Positions 40,088 to 48,035 of a DNA stretch of 64,000 nucleotides are shown here, piece by piece. Source of the stretch: Sphingobium sp. (GTDB taxonomy: Bacteria; Pseudomonadota; Alphaproteobacteria; Sphingomonadales; Sphingomonadaceae); the NCBI GenBank assembly GCA_036384035.1, contig DASVND010000035.1, forward strand, positions 155,022 to 219,021, in the 5' to 3' direction. The notes under the pieces are model-generated. The model worked only from the letters and a program-made list of their open reading frames with translations, had not been told where the DNA came from and did no database searches. Every line of letters starts with the position of its first letter. Position 1 is the first letter of the stretch. The translations under genes were made by a program, and so were the position numbers.

Positions 40088-40528
40088 ATGCAGATCGATA
40101 ATGACGCGCTGGTCATGGTGGTGGACGGCGCGAAGATGCTGCTGTTCCGAAACAAGGGCGACGCAGACTATCCCAATCTGGAGGTCGAGCAGGCGCTGAC
40201 GCAGGATGACGAGGCGACGCGCGAACAGGGATCGTCCGCCCCCGGTCGCAACGCAGCGCCCGGCGGATCGCGCAAGGGCGCATTCGAGCAGACCGATTTC
40301 CACCAGCAGAGCGAGGACCGCTTCGCCGCCGAGGCCGCCGCGATGCTGAACAAGCGGGCGCTGTCGAACGATTATGAGAAGCTGATCATTGTCGCGCCGC
40401 CCAACACGCTGGGCGAACTGCGCAAACATTATCACAAGGCGTTGCAGAGCCGCCTGACCGGCGAGATCGGCAAGGATCTGGCCAGCCATCCGGTGGCGGA
40501 GATCGAGCGGCTTATCGTCCAGGCTTGA
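40088..40528 (+). CDS. Host attachment family protein (AtsE / baeRF12-like)
   Basis: [43 protein letters not shown]. Confidence 0.85.
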   Translation: MQIDNDALVMVVDGAKMLLFRNKGDADYPNLEVEQALTQDDEATREQGSSAPGRNAAPGGSRKGAFEQTDFHQQSEDRFAAEAAAMLNKRALSNDYEKLIIVAPPNTLGELRKHYHKALQSRLTGEIGKDLASHPVAEIERLIVQA

Positions 40529-40596
40529 TACGTCGCAGATTCGGTCCGGGCGGCTATTCGCTTGACCGCATCGCCGTGCGCGGAAATAGCGGCGGG

Positions 40597-41664
40597 ATGA
40601 CGCTTACCGCGACCTTCCTGCCGCTGCCGCCGCTTGCCGGGTTGGAGCCACGCTGGCGGGCGCTGGAGGCGCGGGCGGACGGCAGCTTCTTCCTGGGTTG
40701 GACCTGGATGGAAAGCTGGCTGTCCGCGACGGGCGCGACGCCGGAATTGCTGGCGGTCAAGGATGAGAGCAGCGCGGATGTTGTGCTGGCGCTGATCGGG
40801 CGGTCGCTGGACAAGCGGCTGCTGGGATCGACGCCGACCCTGTGGCTCAATCAGGCGGGGCAATATCAGGCCGACCGGCCTTTCATGGAATATAACGGCC
40901 TGCTGGCGGCAAGGGGTGCGCCGCCGGAATTGCATGACGTTGCGATGGCAGCGATCCTGCGCCGCAACGACTGGCGGGCGCTTCGGCTGTCGGGCGTTGC
41001 GCCGGACTCGCCCTTGCTGGCGACGCCCTTCCGCCGCCGCGTGCGTATCGACACGTCGCCCGCCTATCATGTCGATCTCGACGCGGTGCGAGCAGCGACG
41101 GGCGATTATCTCTCCCTGCTCAGCGCGAACACCCGCAGCCAGATCAAGCGGGCGGCCAAGGATTATGGGACCGCCGCGCCGGTCATCGCCCTGGCGAGCG
41201 CTGGGGATATTGACGGCTGGCTGGCGGAAATGCAGACGCTGAACACCGGCCGTCATGCGGAAAATGCCTGGGATGACGTGGTTTTCCGCGCCTTCGCCGC
41301 AACCCTGCTGCGCCGGGGGCTGGCGACGGGGGAGGTGGAATTGCTCCGCATCACCATCGGCGATCATCTGCTCGGACTGTTGCTCAACTTCGTTCATCGG
41401 GGGCGGGCGATGAACTATCAGTCCGCCTTCGCCGCGCCGCTGGGGCCGAAGGGGAAGCCGGGCCTGCTGTGCCATGCGGCGGCGGTTGGCCGCTATGCGG
41501 ATGGGGGGTTGGACCAATATTCGCTGCTGGCGGGCAAGGACCGTTACAAGCAGAGCCTGTCGACGGGATCGGAGACGCTGGAATGGTGGTCGCTGGAGCG
41601 GTTCTCCCCCCGGCTGGAGGCGGAAGCGGTTTTGCGGAAGGTGCTCAGGCGGCCGGTTTCTTAG
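40597..41664 (+). CDS. GNAT acetyltransferase (CelD/BcsL-like, Acetyltransf_6)
   Basis: WRALE..ADGSFFLGWTW, LSANTRSQIKR, KPGLLCH, GKDRYKQSLS. Confidence 0.8.
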   Translation: MTLTATFLPLPPLAGLEPRWRALEARADGSFFLGWTWMESWLSATGATPELLAVKDESSADVVLALIGRSLDKRLLGSTPTLWLNQAGQYQADRPFMEYNGLLAARGAPPELHDVAMAAILRRNDWRALRLSGVAPDSPLLATPFRRRVRIDTSPAYHVDLDAVRAATGDYLSLLSANTRSQIKRAAKDYGTAAPVIALASAGDIDGWLAEMQTLNTGRHAENAWDDVVFRAFAATLLRRGLATGEVELLRITIGDHLLGLLLNFVHRGRAMNYQSAFAAPLGPKGKPGLLCHAAAVGRYADGGLDQYSLLAGKDRYKQSLSTGSETLEWWSLERFSPRLEAEAVLRKVLRRPVS

Positions 41665-41675
41665 GGATACACACA

Positions 41676-41749
41676 ACCTCCGTTCGTTTCGAGCGCAGTC
41701 GAGAAACTGTGCGCGAGGTTTCTCGACTGCGCTCGAAACGAACGGAGGT
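41676..41749. repeat. REP-like element family A (perfect long inverted arms)
   Basis: ACCTCCGTTCGTTTCGAGCGCAGTCGAGAAAC ... GTTTCTCGACTGCGCTCGAAACGAACGGAGGT between convergent genes. Confidence 0.9.
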
Positions 41750-41769
41750 GGGGGTTAACGGGTAGGGGA

Positions 41770-42642
41770 CTAGAATCCCAATTTCCGCATCACGCGATAG
41801 AAAAACCGCCGCATCTTCTGCGTTTCGGGTCGGCCGCTCACCTTGCCGGTCGGCAGATGCCGACGCCGCAGCAGTGCGTTGAAGGCGTGGAGTTCGCCCT
41901 CCGCTACGCTACGCTCCGATCGCCAGGTGATCGAGAAGCTGACCGACACCGCCGCGCCGTTCCGCACGAAATGCGGTGCCTTGACCGGCACCAGGATCGC
42001 TTCGCCCGCGACCAGCGTGAAGGGCGTGCCCTTGGCCAGGAACGCATCATCCCATGTCAGGTTGCGATGACCGCCGGCGTGGAACGTCTCGCTCTGCAAG
42101 CCCGGCACCAGCGCTTCGTCGCCGGCCGGGAACACGGTCATCACCTTCTCGCCGTCGATCTGCAGCAGGATATTATGTTCCGGGTCCATATGGAATGGCG
42201 TTACGCTGCCCGGTGAGGACAGGAAGATGAACGCCTCCCGGTGGAGCATCGGCCCGGTCGCAGGGATGACGAGATGCTCGATCTCCGCCAGCGCTGAATC
42301 CAGAAGCGCGCCATATTCCGTGTCGCGCTCGACATTCTTCAGCACCACCCAGCTTCCGTTGGTGTCGATGGTCCGCACCGTTTCGCCCAGCGTCAGGCCA
42401 TTGTCCGGCGTCTCGTCCGGGTTTACGCCCAGCGGCAGCTTGCCGAGATTATATTCGACGGACTCCGGCGCCATCCGCTCCGCCAATATGGCCAGCGCCT
42501 CGCGGGAGAAGAGCGGGTGTCCGGCCAGTTCGTGGGTCAGCATGACGGGTTCGTCGGGATAGGCCCGGCCGAACGCCTCCCGCGCGGTTTGGGAGAAGGC
42601 CAGCCAAGGGCTCTTGCCGACAATATGGCGCTGGGCGGTCAT
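41770..42642 (-). CDS. JmjC / cupin-like Fe(II)/2-oxoglutarate oxygenase
   Basis: TPFHMDPEHNILLQIDGEK (HxD) and APHFVRN (distal His). Confidence 0.8.
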   Translation of the reverse strand: MTAQRHIVGKSPWLAFSQTAREAFGRAYPDEPVMLTHELAGHPLFSREALAILAERMAPESVEYNLGKLPLGVNPDETPDNGLTLGETVRTIDTNGSWVVLKNVERDTEYGALLDSALAEIEHLVIPATGPMLHREAFIFLSSPGSVTPFHMDPEHNILLQIDGEKVMTVFPAGDEALVPGLQSETFHAGGHRNLTWDDAFLAKGTPFTLVAGEAILVPVKAPHFVRNGAAVSVSFSITWRSERSVAEGELHAFNALLRRRHLPTGKVSGRPETQKMRRFFYRVMRKLGF

Positions 42643-43778
42643 GGGGTTTTCAATCCTCTGATGAAGGCGCTGCCGCGCTCGGCGATGTCGGCTGCGGCGA
42701 AGGCGGCGGTTCTGCGCGCGCGGGTCAGGCCATGGCCTTTCAGCGCGACGCGATATTGGGCGATGCTGCGGCGTTCGGCCCACAGGCTGTCGATCATCGG
42801 ATGATCGACGGCGGCGCAACTGTCCATCCAGTCGATCGCCGGATCATCCTGCACGGCGTGGAGATTGTCGATCTCGATCAGCACGCCGGGCGAAAAGCGC
42901 CCCAGCGCCTCGTCGAACGCGATCTTGAAGGAGAAGCCGCCGCCCGCGTGGCGGAAGTTCACCAGCATGGCGATGGCGCGGCCGTCCAGATCTATGCGCA
43001 GGAAATGGAGAGCGCCCGAAGCGAAAGCTGCGGCGCAGGCGGCGTGGAAGAAGGCGCTGTCGCCCGCATGGCATTTGAGCGCCGTGCCCTCCGCACCCTT
43101 CCATCCGGCGGCCTCCAGCGTCAGGAAATCCTCGCACCAGGACGCAAGATCAGCGGCATCGGTCAGGGTGCGGCTCTGTACCGTCCCCAATTCCGTCAGC
43201 CGCTTCTGGAGGCGGCGGATTTCCTTGCGCTTCTTTGCGCGGACATGGGTTTCCCAATAGGCGTCGGCGGTGAGGTCGCTGCGGAGGAGCGCGCGGTCGT
43301 AGCGTTTGATCTCCACAATGGGGCGGCGCTGCGCGAAGCAGACGGCCTCCAGCGCAGCGGCGTTTGCGCCCGCGGCGTCGAGGCCGGAGAGGTGCAGGAA
43401 ATTCCCGGCCTCCGGCGTTGCGTCCAGCAGCGCCAGGAAGCTACGCCATGCGGCCTGCTCATGCCCCTTGCGGATCAGCGGCGCGCCGAAGAAGCAATGG
43501 CGGTGCATCCAGTTGGCGGCGTTGCGGATGGGCAGGCGGCCATAGGTTTTTGCGAGGCCGACCGGCATCAGGCCGATGACCGCGCCATCCTCCTCCGCCT
43601 CGATCAGCCGGATGTCCTGCCCGTCGAGATGCGCCAGCGCGGGCAGCAGCAGGTCGGGCGTGTAGAAGCAGTTCGCCTCCGCCGCATCGGCCGCAAGCGC
43701 CGCCCAGCGCTCTGCCTGCCCCACGGGCATCGTGCCGGGATTGCCGGCTTTCAGGGCGGGATCGGGCGCCATGTCCAT
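42639..43778 (-). CDS. GNAT acetyltransferase (CelD/BcsL-like)
   Basis: W..LA......NCFY.P, KKRKEIRRLQKRL, FLTLEAAGWKG, FKIAFDE...RFSPGVL; its stop overlaps the JmjC ATG. Confidence 0.8.
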   Translation of the reverse strand: MDMAPDPALKAGNPGTMPVGQAERWAALAADAAEANCFYTPDLLLPALAHLDGQDIRLIEAEEDGAVIGLMPVGLAKTYGRLPIRNAANWMHRHCFFGAPLIRKGHEQAAWRSFLALLDATPEAGNFLHLSGLDAAGANAAALEAVCFAQRRPIVEIKRYDRALLRSDLTADAYWETHVRAKKRKEIRRLQKRLTELGTVQSRTLTDAADLASWCEDFLTLEAAGWKGAEGTALKCHAGDSAFFHAACAAAFASGALHFLRIDLDGRAIAMLVNFRHAGGGFSFKIAFDEALGRFSPGVLIEIDNLHAVQDDPAIDWMDSCAAVDHPMIDSLWAERRSIAQYRVALKGHGLTRARRTAAFAAADIAERGSAFIRGLKTP

Positions 43779-43846
43779 GGGTTCGCCATAGGCGGGAAGG
43801 GTTAGGATATGGCTAAGGACGATCCTTGGGTTTCTACAACCCACCT

Positions 43847-44000
43847 CCGTTCGTCTCTCGACTACGCTCGAGACGAACGGGCCGGGGGAATATGACCCAA
43901 ACACCGTTCGGGCTGAGCGAAGTCGAAGCCTTTCCCTGAGCATAGCGAAGGACCTTCACTTCGTTCAGTTGAGCCCTTCGACTTCGCTCAGGGCGAACGG
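43847..44000. repeat. Two adjacent family-A elements (internally deleted 43847-43880; long nested 43904-44000)
   Basis: CCGTTCGTCTCTCGACTACGCTCGAGACGAACGG, then CCGTTCGGGCTGAGCGAAGTCGAAG...CTTCGACTTCGCTCAGGGCGAACGG. Confidence 0.85.
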
Positions 44001-44007
44001 GTATCAG

Positions 44008-44745
44008 TTACCGCATCGCGCACGGGACGATGCTTGCCGGGTCCGCCCTTGCCGTCACTTTGCGGAAGCGGGCCATATATCCCCCGGCGGTCGGCTTGGG
44101 CATCACCTGCTCCAGACGATAGCCCACGGCGGCGAATTCGCAGGCGAGCAGGCGCGGCGGGGTGCCGTGCTGGTCGGTGGGGCGGTCGGCGTCGACGACG
44201 ATGACCTCGCCATCCTTCTTCAACGCCGGAAAGAGATGCCACAGGAAGGCATAGGGCTCCGAAATCTCATGATACATATGCACCATCATGACCCGGTCGA
44301 AACTGTCGGGCGGCAGTTTCGGGTCGTCCGCTGTGCCCAGCTTGACGCTCACATTCTTCCAGTCCTCGCGGTTGATGCGGCGGCCGAGCGCGTCGATGGT
44401 CTCCGGCATGATATCCTCGGCCAGCACGCGGCCGGTGGGGCCGACGCGCTTGGCGAGGCGCACGGTGTAGTAGCCCTCGCCCGCGCCGATGTCGGCGACG
44501 GTCATGCCGGGCTTGATCCCGGCGCGGGTCATGATGTCCCCGGCCTCGTTAACCCGGTCGCGGGCTTCCTCCGTCGACCAGCGGGTGGAGACGATCGGCG
44601 CGACGGGCCGGTCGGCGCGGGGAAAGGCGCGGGCGCTGGGCGGGCGGTTGGACTCATCCGCATCGCCCAGCATGTGGCATCCGCTCAGTATCGGGGCGGC
44701 GGAGAGGAAGGCTCCGATGGCGAACGCCGCGCGGAGCCCGCGCAT
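44008..44745 (-). CDS. Class I SAM-dependent methyltransferase with lipoprotein signal
   Basis: VADIGAGEGYY; HMYHEI; lipobox LSGC. Confidence 0.85.
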   Translation of the reverse strand: MRGLRAAFAIGAFLSAAPILSGCHMLGDADESNRPPSARAFPRADRPVAPIVSTRWSTEEARDRVNEAGDIMTRAGIKPGMTVADIGAGEGYYTVRLAKRVGPTGRVLAEDIMPETIDALGRRINREDWKNVSVKLGTADDPKLPPDSFDRVMMVHMYHEISEPYAFLWHLFPALKKDGEVIVVDADRPTDQHGTPPRLLACEFAAVGYRLEQVMPKPTAGGYMARFRKVTARADPASIVPCAMR

Positions 44746-45872
44746 CAGTCGACATCCTCGACGTCGACCGTCTCGCCCGTCACCTTCTGCGACAGGGCGG
44801 CGGCCATATAGGGGTCGAGCGCGCCGTCCAGCACATCGTCGGGCGACGATGACACGACGCCGGTGCGCAGGTCCTTCACCATCTGATAGGGCTGCAGCAC
44901 ATAGGAGCGGATCTGGTGGCCCCAGCCGATGTCGGACTTGGCCGAATGTTCGGCGCTCGCCGCCGCCTCGCGCTTCTGCAGTTCCGCCTCGTACATCCGC
45001 GCCTTCAGCATGTTCATGGCCTCGGCCTTGTTCTTGTGCTGGCTGCGCTGGTTCTGGCAGGCGACGATGATGCCGGTCGGTACATGGGTGATGCGCACCG
45101 CGGAATCGGTGGTGTTGATGTGCTGCCCGCCCGCGCCCGACGCACGATAGGTGTCGATCTTCAGGTCGCTCTCATTGATGTCGATGTCGATATTGTCGTC
45201 GATCACCGGATAGACCCAGACCGACGAGAAGCTGGTGTGCCGCCGCGCGGAGCTGTCATAGGGGCTGATGCGGACCAGGCGGTGGACGCCGCTCTCGGTC
45301 TTGGCATAGCCGTATGCGTTCTCGCCCTTGATCAGCAGCGTGGCGGACTTGATGCCCGCCTGCTCGCCGCCATGATAGTCGACCAGCTCCACCTTGTACC
45401 CGCGCCGCTCGGCCCAGCGCTGATACATGCGCTGCAGCATCTCGGCCCAGTCCTGGCTTTCCGTGCCGCCCGCGCCCGCATGGATTTCCAGATAGGTGTC
45501 GTTGCCGTCGGCCTCGCCGGCCAGCAGCGCCTTCACCTTGTCCTCGTCCGCACGCTCGGCCAGCGCCTTGAGGCCAGCGACGCCCTCCAAGGCCATTTCC
45601 TCGTCGCCCTCGGCATCGGCCATCTCGATCAGTTCGGCGGTGTCGCTCTTCTCGCTGTCGATGGCGCGGGTCGCGCCGATCGCGCTGTCCAGCCGGGTGC
45701 GCTCGCGCATCACCTCCTGCGCCTTCTTCGCGTCATCCCACAGCGTCGGGTCCTCGACGCGCGCGTTCAGCTCGTCCAGCCGCCGCAGCGCCCGGTCCCA
45801 GTCCAGAAAACGGCGCAGCAGGTCCAGCGCGGCGTCGATACGGTCGATATATTGCTGCGCTTCGGCGCGCAT
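44745..45872 (-). CDS. prfB: Peptide chain release factor 2 (no programmed frameshift)
   Basis: [29 protein letters not shown]; continuous ORF. Confidence 0.96.
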   Translation of the reverse strand: MRAEAQQYIDRIDAALDLLRRFLDWDRALRRLDELNARVEDPTLWDDAKKAQEVMRERTRLDSAIGATRAIDSEKSDTAELIEMADAEGDEEMALEGVAGLKALAERADEDKVKALLAGEADGNDTYLEIHAGAGGTESQDWAEMLQRMYQRWAERRGYKVELVDYHGGEQAGIKSATLLIKGENAYGYAKTESGVHRLVRISPYDSSARRHTSFSSVWVYPVIDDNIDIDINESDLKIDTYRASGAGGQHINTTDSAVRITHVPTGIIVACQNQRSQHKNKAEAMNMLKARMYEAELQKREAAASAEHSAKSDIGWGHQIRSYVLQPYQMVKDLRTGVVSSSPDDVLDGALDPYMAAALSQKVTGETVDVEDVD

Positions 45873-45996
45873 GGGGATTCTCCACTTCCAGTATCGCCCC
45901 CGATATGGGGAGGCGGGGGCGTCGCCGCGAGGGGCGAGTCACCCACCCGGCCCGGCAGGCGCAAGCGCCGTCCTTTCCGGGGGATTTGCGCGTTCG

Positions 45997-46335
45997 TCAA
46001 GCGGGACGGGGTCGGAGGGGGTGGGCGGGGTGCCGGATTGCGGGGTGGACGGGGATTCGGGCGGCGGTTGGGGCGGTGCAGGGGCATGCGGCGGGGCGAA
46101 GTTGCGGAAGTTGCGGGTTGCGACGCGTTTTGGGCCGGAAAGTCGCAATAAGGTCGTATGTTGGTCGCAGGTACGTCTCATATGCGTCCCGAGTGCGTCT
46201 CATGTTGGTCTCATCTGCGTCGCAGTTGGGTCTCATGTAGGTCGCAGGAACGTCGCGGTTAGGTCGCATGTGCGTCGCATCGCGGGCCATCGGAGTGATG
46301 GTGAGATGTGGGGCGAGGGCGGGGTGAGGTTCCAT
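45997..46335 (-). CDS. Possible small ORF spanning the 11-bp array (11-aa pseudo-repeats)
   Basis: ATHMRPNRDVP/ATYMRPNCDAD/ETNMRRTRDAY/ETYLRPTYDLI. No clear RBS; may be a by-product of the DNA repeat. Confidence 0.25.
   Translation of the reverse strand: MEPHPALAPHLTITPMARDATHMRPNRDVPATYMRPNCDADETNMRRTRDAYETYLRPTYDLIATFRPKTRRNPQLPQLRPAACPCTAPTAARIPVHPAIRHPAHPLRPRPA
46142..46284 (+). repeat. Phased tandem array, 13 x 11 bp, consensus GTC[G/T]CA-N5
   Basis: Thirteen consecutive units each start with GTC at exact 11-bp spacing, with no indels. Confidence 0.92.
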
Positions 46336-46454
46336 GCGGGGGAGTAGAGCATGGGTGGCGTGGTGTAGGACAGGGAAAGTGCGGGCACCACTGCGCGGGG
46401 CATTAACCCAATATCGGCACTAAATGGTAGAGCAGCTGTGTCACTTACCTGCTC

Positions 46455-47084
46455 ATGCGCTCTTTCATGATTCCCGTCGCCGCCGTTATGCTAAGCCAGT
46501 CGGCCCATGCGGCGGACGTGCCGCTATCGCCCCTTGGATTGCCTTTCAGCCCCGCTAGGCCCGAGGCGGTCGGTCCCGATCATCCGCTCTATCATCGGAT
46601 CGCGCTGGAGTCCGTGGTTAACATGCCCGTCGTGGTGGGGGCGTCGGCGACCGGGGGAATTATAGGTGCCGCCAAACGCGCCAGTTTCGAGAAGGCGCTT
46701 CGCGAAACTTTGGAAAAGCTCAACATGCTTGCTCCTAGCCCCGTTGAAGCGAAAGTGCGTTTGACGCCACGCTGGCTGGGGATGGATGCGCCGTTCAGAG
46801 TTTCCTTTTCCAGCCGGACAAGCGTGCGCATGGCGTGGAGCTTGGTCCGGATCGACAATGGGCAAGTCATTTTCAACCGCGAGATCACGACATCTGCCGA
46901 ATCCAAGGGCGGTGATGGAACATCGCGCGCAACAGGAGTGGGCCGCGTTGCTCTGATGGCAAACATCGCATCGGCAGCGGTCTGCATCGACAAGGCAGCT
47001 TATGGGAAGGCGCCGCAGGATTGCGCGCTCACCCCCGCCTTCACTTACAAGGCGCCTGTCTATCGAGTCATGTTCCTGCCCTGA
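46455..47084 (+). CDS. Exported hypothetical protein
   Basis: Signal peptide (AHA-AD); 209 aa; two C-terminal Cys. Confidence 0.65.
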   Translation: MRSFMIPVAAVMLSQSAHAADVPLSPLGLPFSPARPEAVGPDHPLYHRIALESVVNMPVVVGASATGGIIGAAKRASFEKALRETLEKLNMLAPSPVEAKVRLTPRWLGMDAPFRVSFSSRTSVRMAWSLVRIDNGQVIFNREITTSAESKGGDGTSRATGVGRVALMANIASAAVCIDKAAYGKAPQDCALTPAFTYKAPVYRVMFLP

Positions 47085-47122
47085 CGACTTCACGGCCTGC
47101 CGTCCATGCTGTACGCATCGGT

Positions 47123-47881
47123 ATGCCTGATTTTTGGAATAGCCCTGCCGGGCGACATCTCGTTATATGTGTGCAGTACCTCGAAGCCGCTGTAATCCTT
47201 GACGAGGCGCAGCGGCTAAAAGGCAAGGTGCTATTCCGGCCAACGCTTGCACTTGCTGGGCATGGTTTGGAGCTGATGCTCAAAGCCTGCCTTTACCACA
47301 ATAGCATCTCACCGCCGACAAGTGGAAAGGCCGGGCATCGTGTCAATGATATGTGGGAGATGGATGCCTGTGAACCCGTAAGAGGGCATGTTTATAGTAA
47401 CGCAATCAGAGAGGTTAGTGATGCGCGGGATGAAGGAATTTATGAAGGAGTCCCGATCGGCGTAGATGAGACGGCGCTGATAGAGGAATACATACTTGCT
47501 TTGGGGATTCTTCATGGGGGAGCACCATATCCACTTCGATATCCAACCGATGATGAAACATTAGGACCCGTAACGCCTTGGCTTGTTCGATCCCTCAGGC
47601 GAACAGCGGATGATTTTCTAAAACGTCCGAATGAATTTGACGTGATGCAATTCCAAGGGCCGTCAATAATCCGGCAGCAGGTGCAGCGCGACCACAGCGC
47701 GTTTCTGGAGCGTAAGGTCGTCGCGGCGCGCGCTTCCGTCGAGGCTGGGCAAGGCCGTTCCAACATGGCAGTGGATGCTGATTTTGCTCGCCAGGCTTTG
47801 ATTGAAGGGGAACTGAGCGGCGAACCCCGTCCATTCGACTTCGATGCCTTCCTCAAAGACATGAACGCCGCTAATGGCTGA
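47123..47881 (+). CDS. HEPN-like domain protein with antitoxin-like C-terminal fragments
   Basis: LAGHGLELMLKACL...GH...LRYP pattern; AT-richer than its neighbours; the tail resembles antitoxins. Confidence 0.55.
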   Translation: MPDFWNSPAGRHLVICVQYLEAAVILDEAQRLKGKVLFRPTLALAGHGLELMLKACLYHNSISPPTSGKAGHRVNDMWEMDACEPVRGHVYSNAIREVSDARDEGIYEGVPIGVDETALIEEYILALGILHGGAPYPLRYPTDDETLGPVTPWLVRSLRRTADDFLKRPNEFDVMQFQGPSIIRQQVQRDHSAFLERKVVAARASVEAGQGRSNMAVDADFARQALIEGELSGEPRPFDFDAFLKDMNAANG

Positions 47882-47927
47882 ACACCGGCGGGCATCTTAG
47901 CCGAGCCAGAATGGCTTGGCGTGAGAG

Positions 47928-47978
47928 TGCTTCGATACGAGCCTTCGACTTCGCTCAGTCTCTACTCAGCACGAACGG
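47928..47978. repeat. Half copy (right arm) of a family-A element
   Basis: GCCTTCGACTTCGCTCAG...CTCAGCACGAACGG with no matching left arm. Confidence 0.65.
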
Positions 47979-48035
47979 GGAAGTGTGAGTAAGGGTCGGC
48001 TATAGTGCCCGGCGTCGCCACCAACCCTCCCAACC

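Noticed and set aside
46142-46284. CRISPR array interpretation of the 11-bp repeat
   Set aside because: The 6-nt core and 5-nt spacers are far too short, and there are no cas genes in the window.
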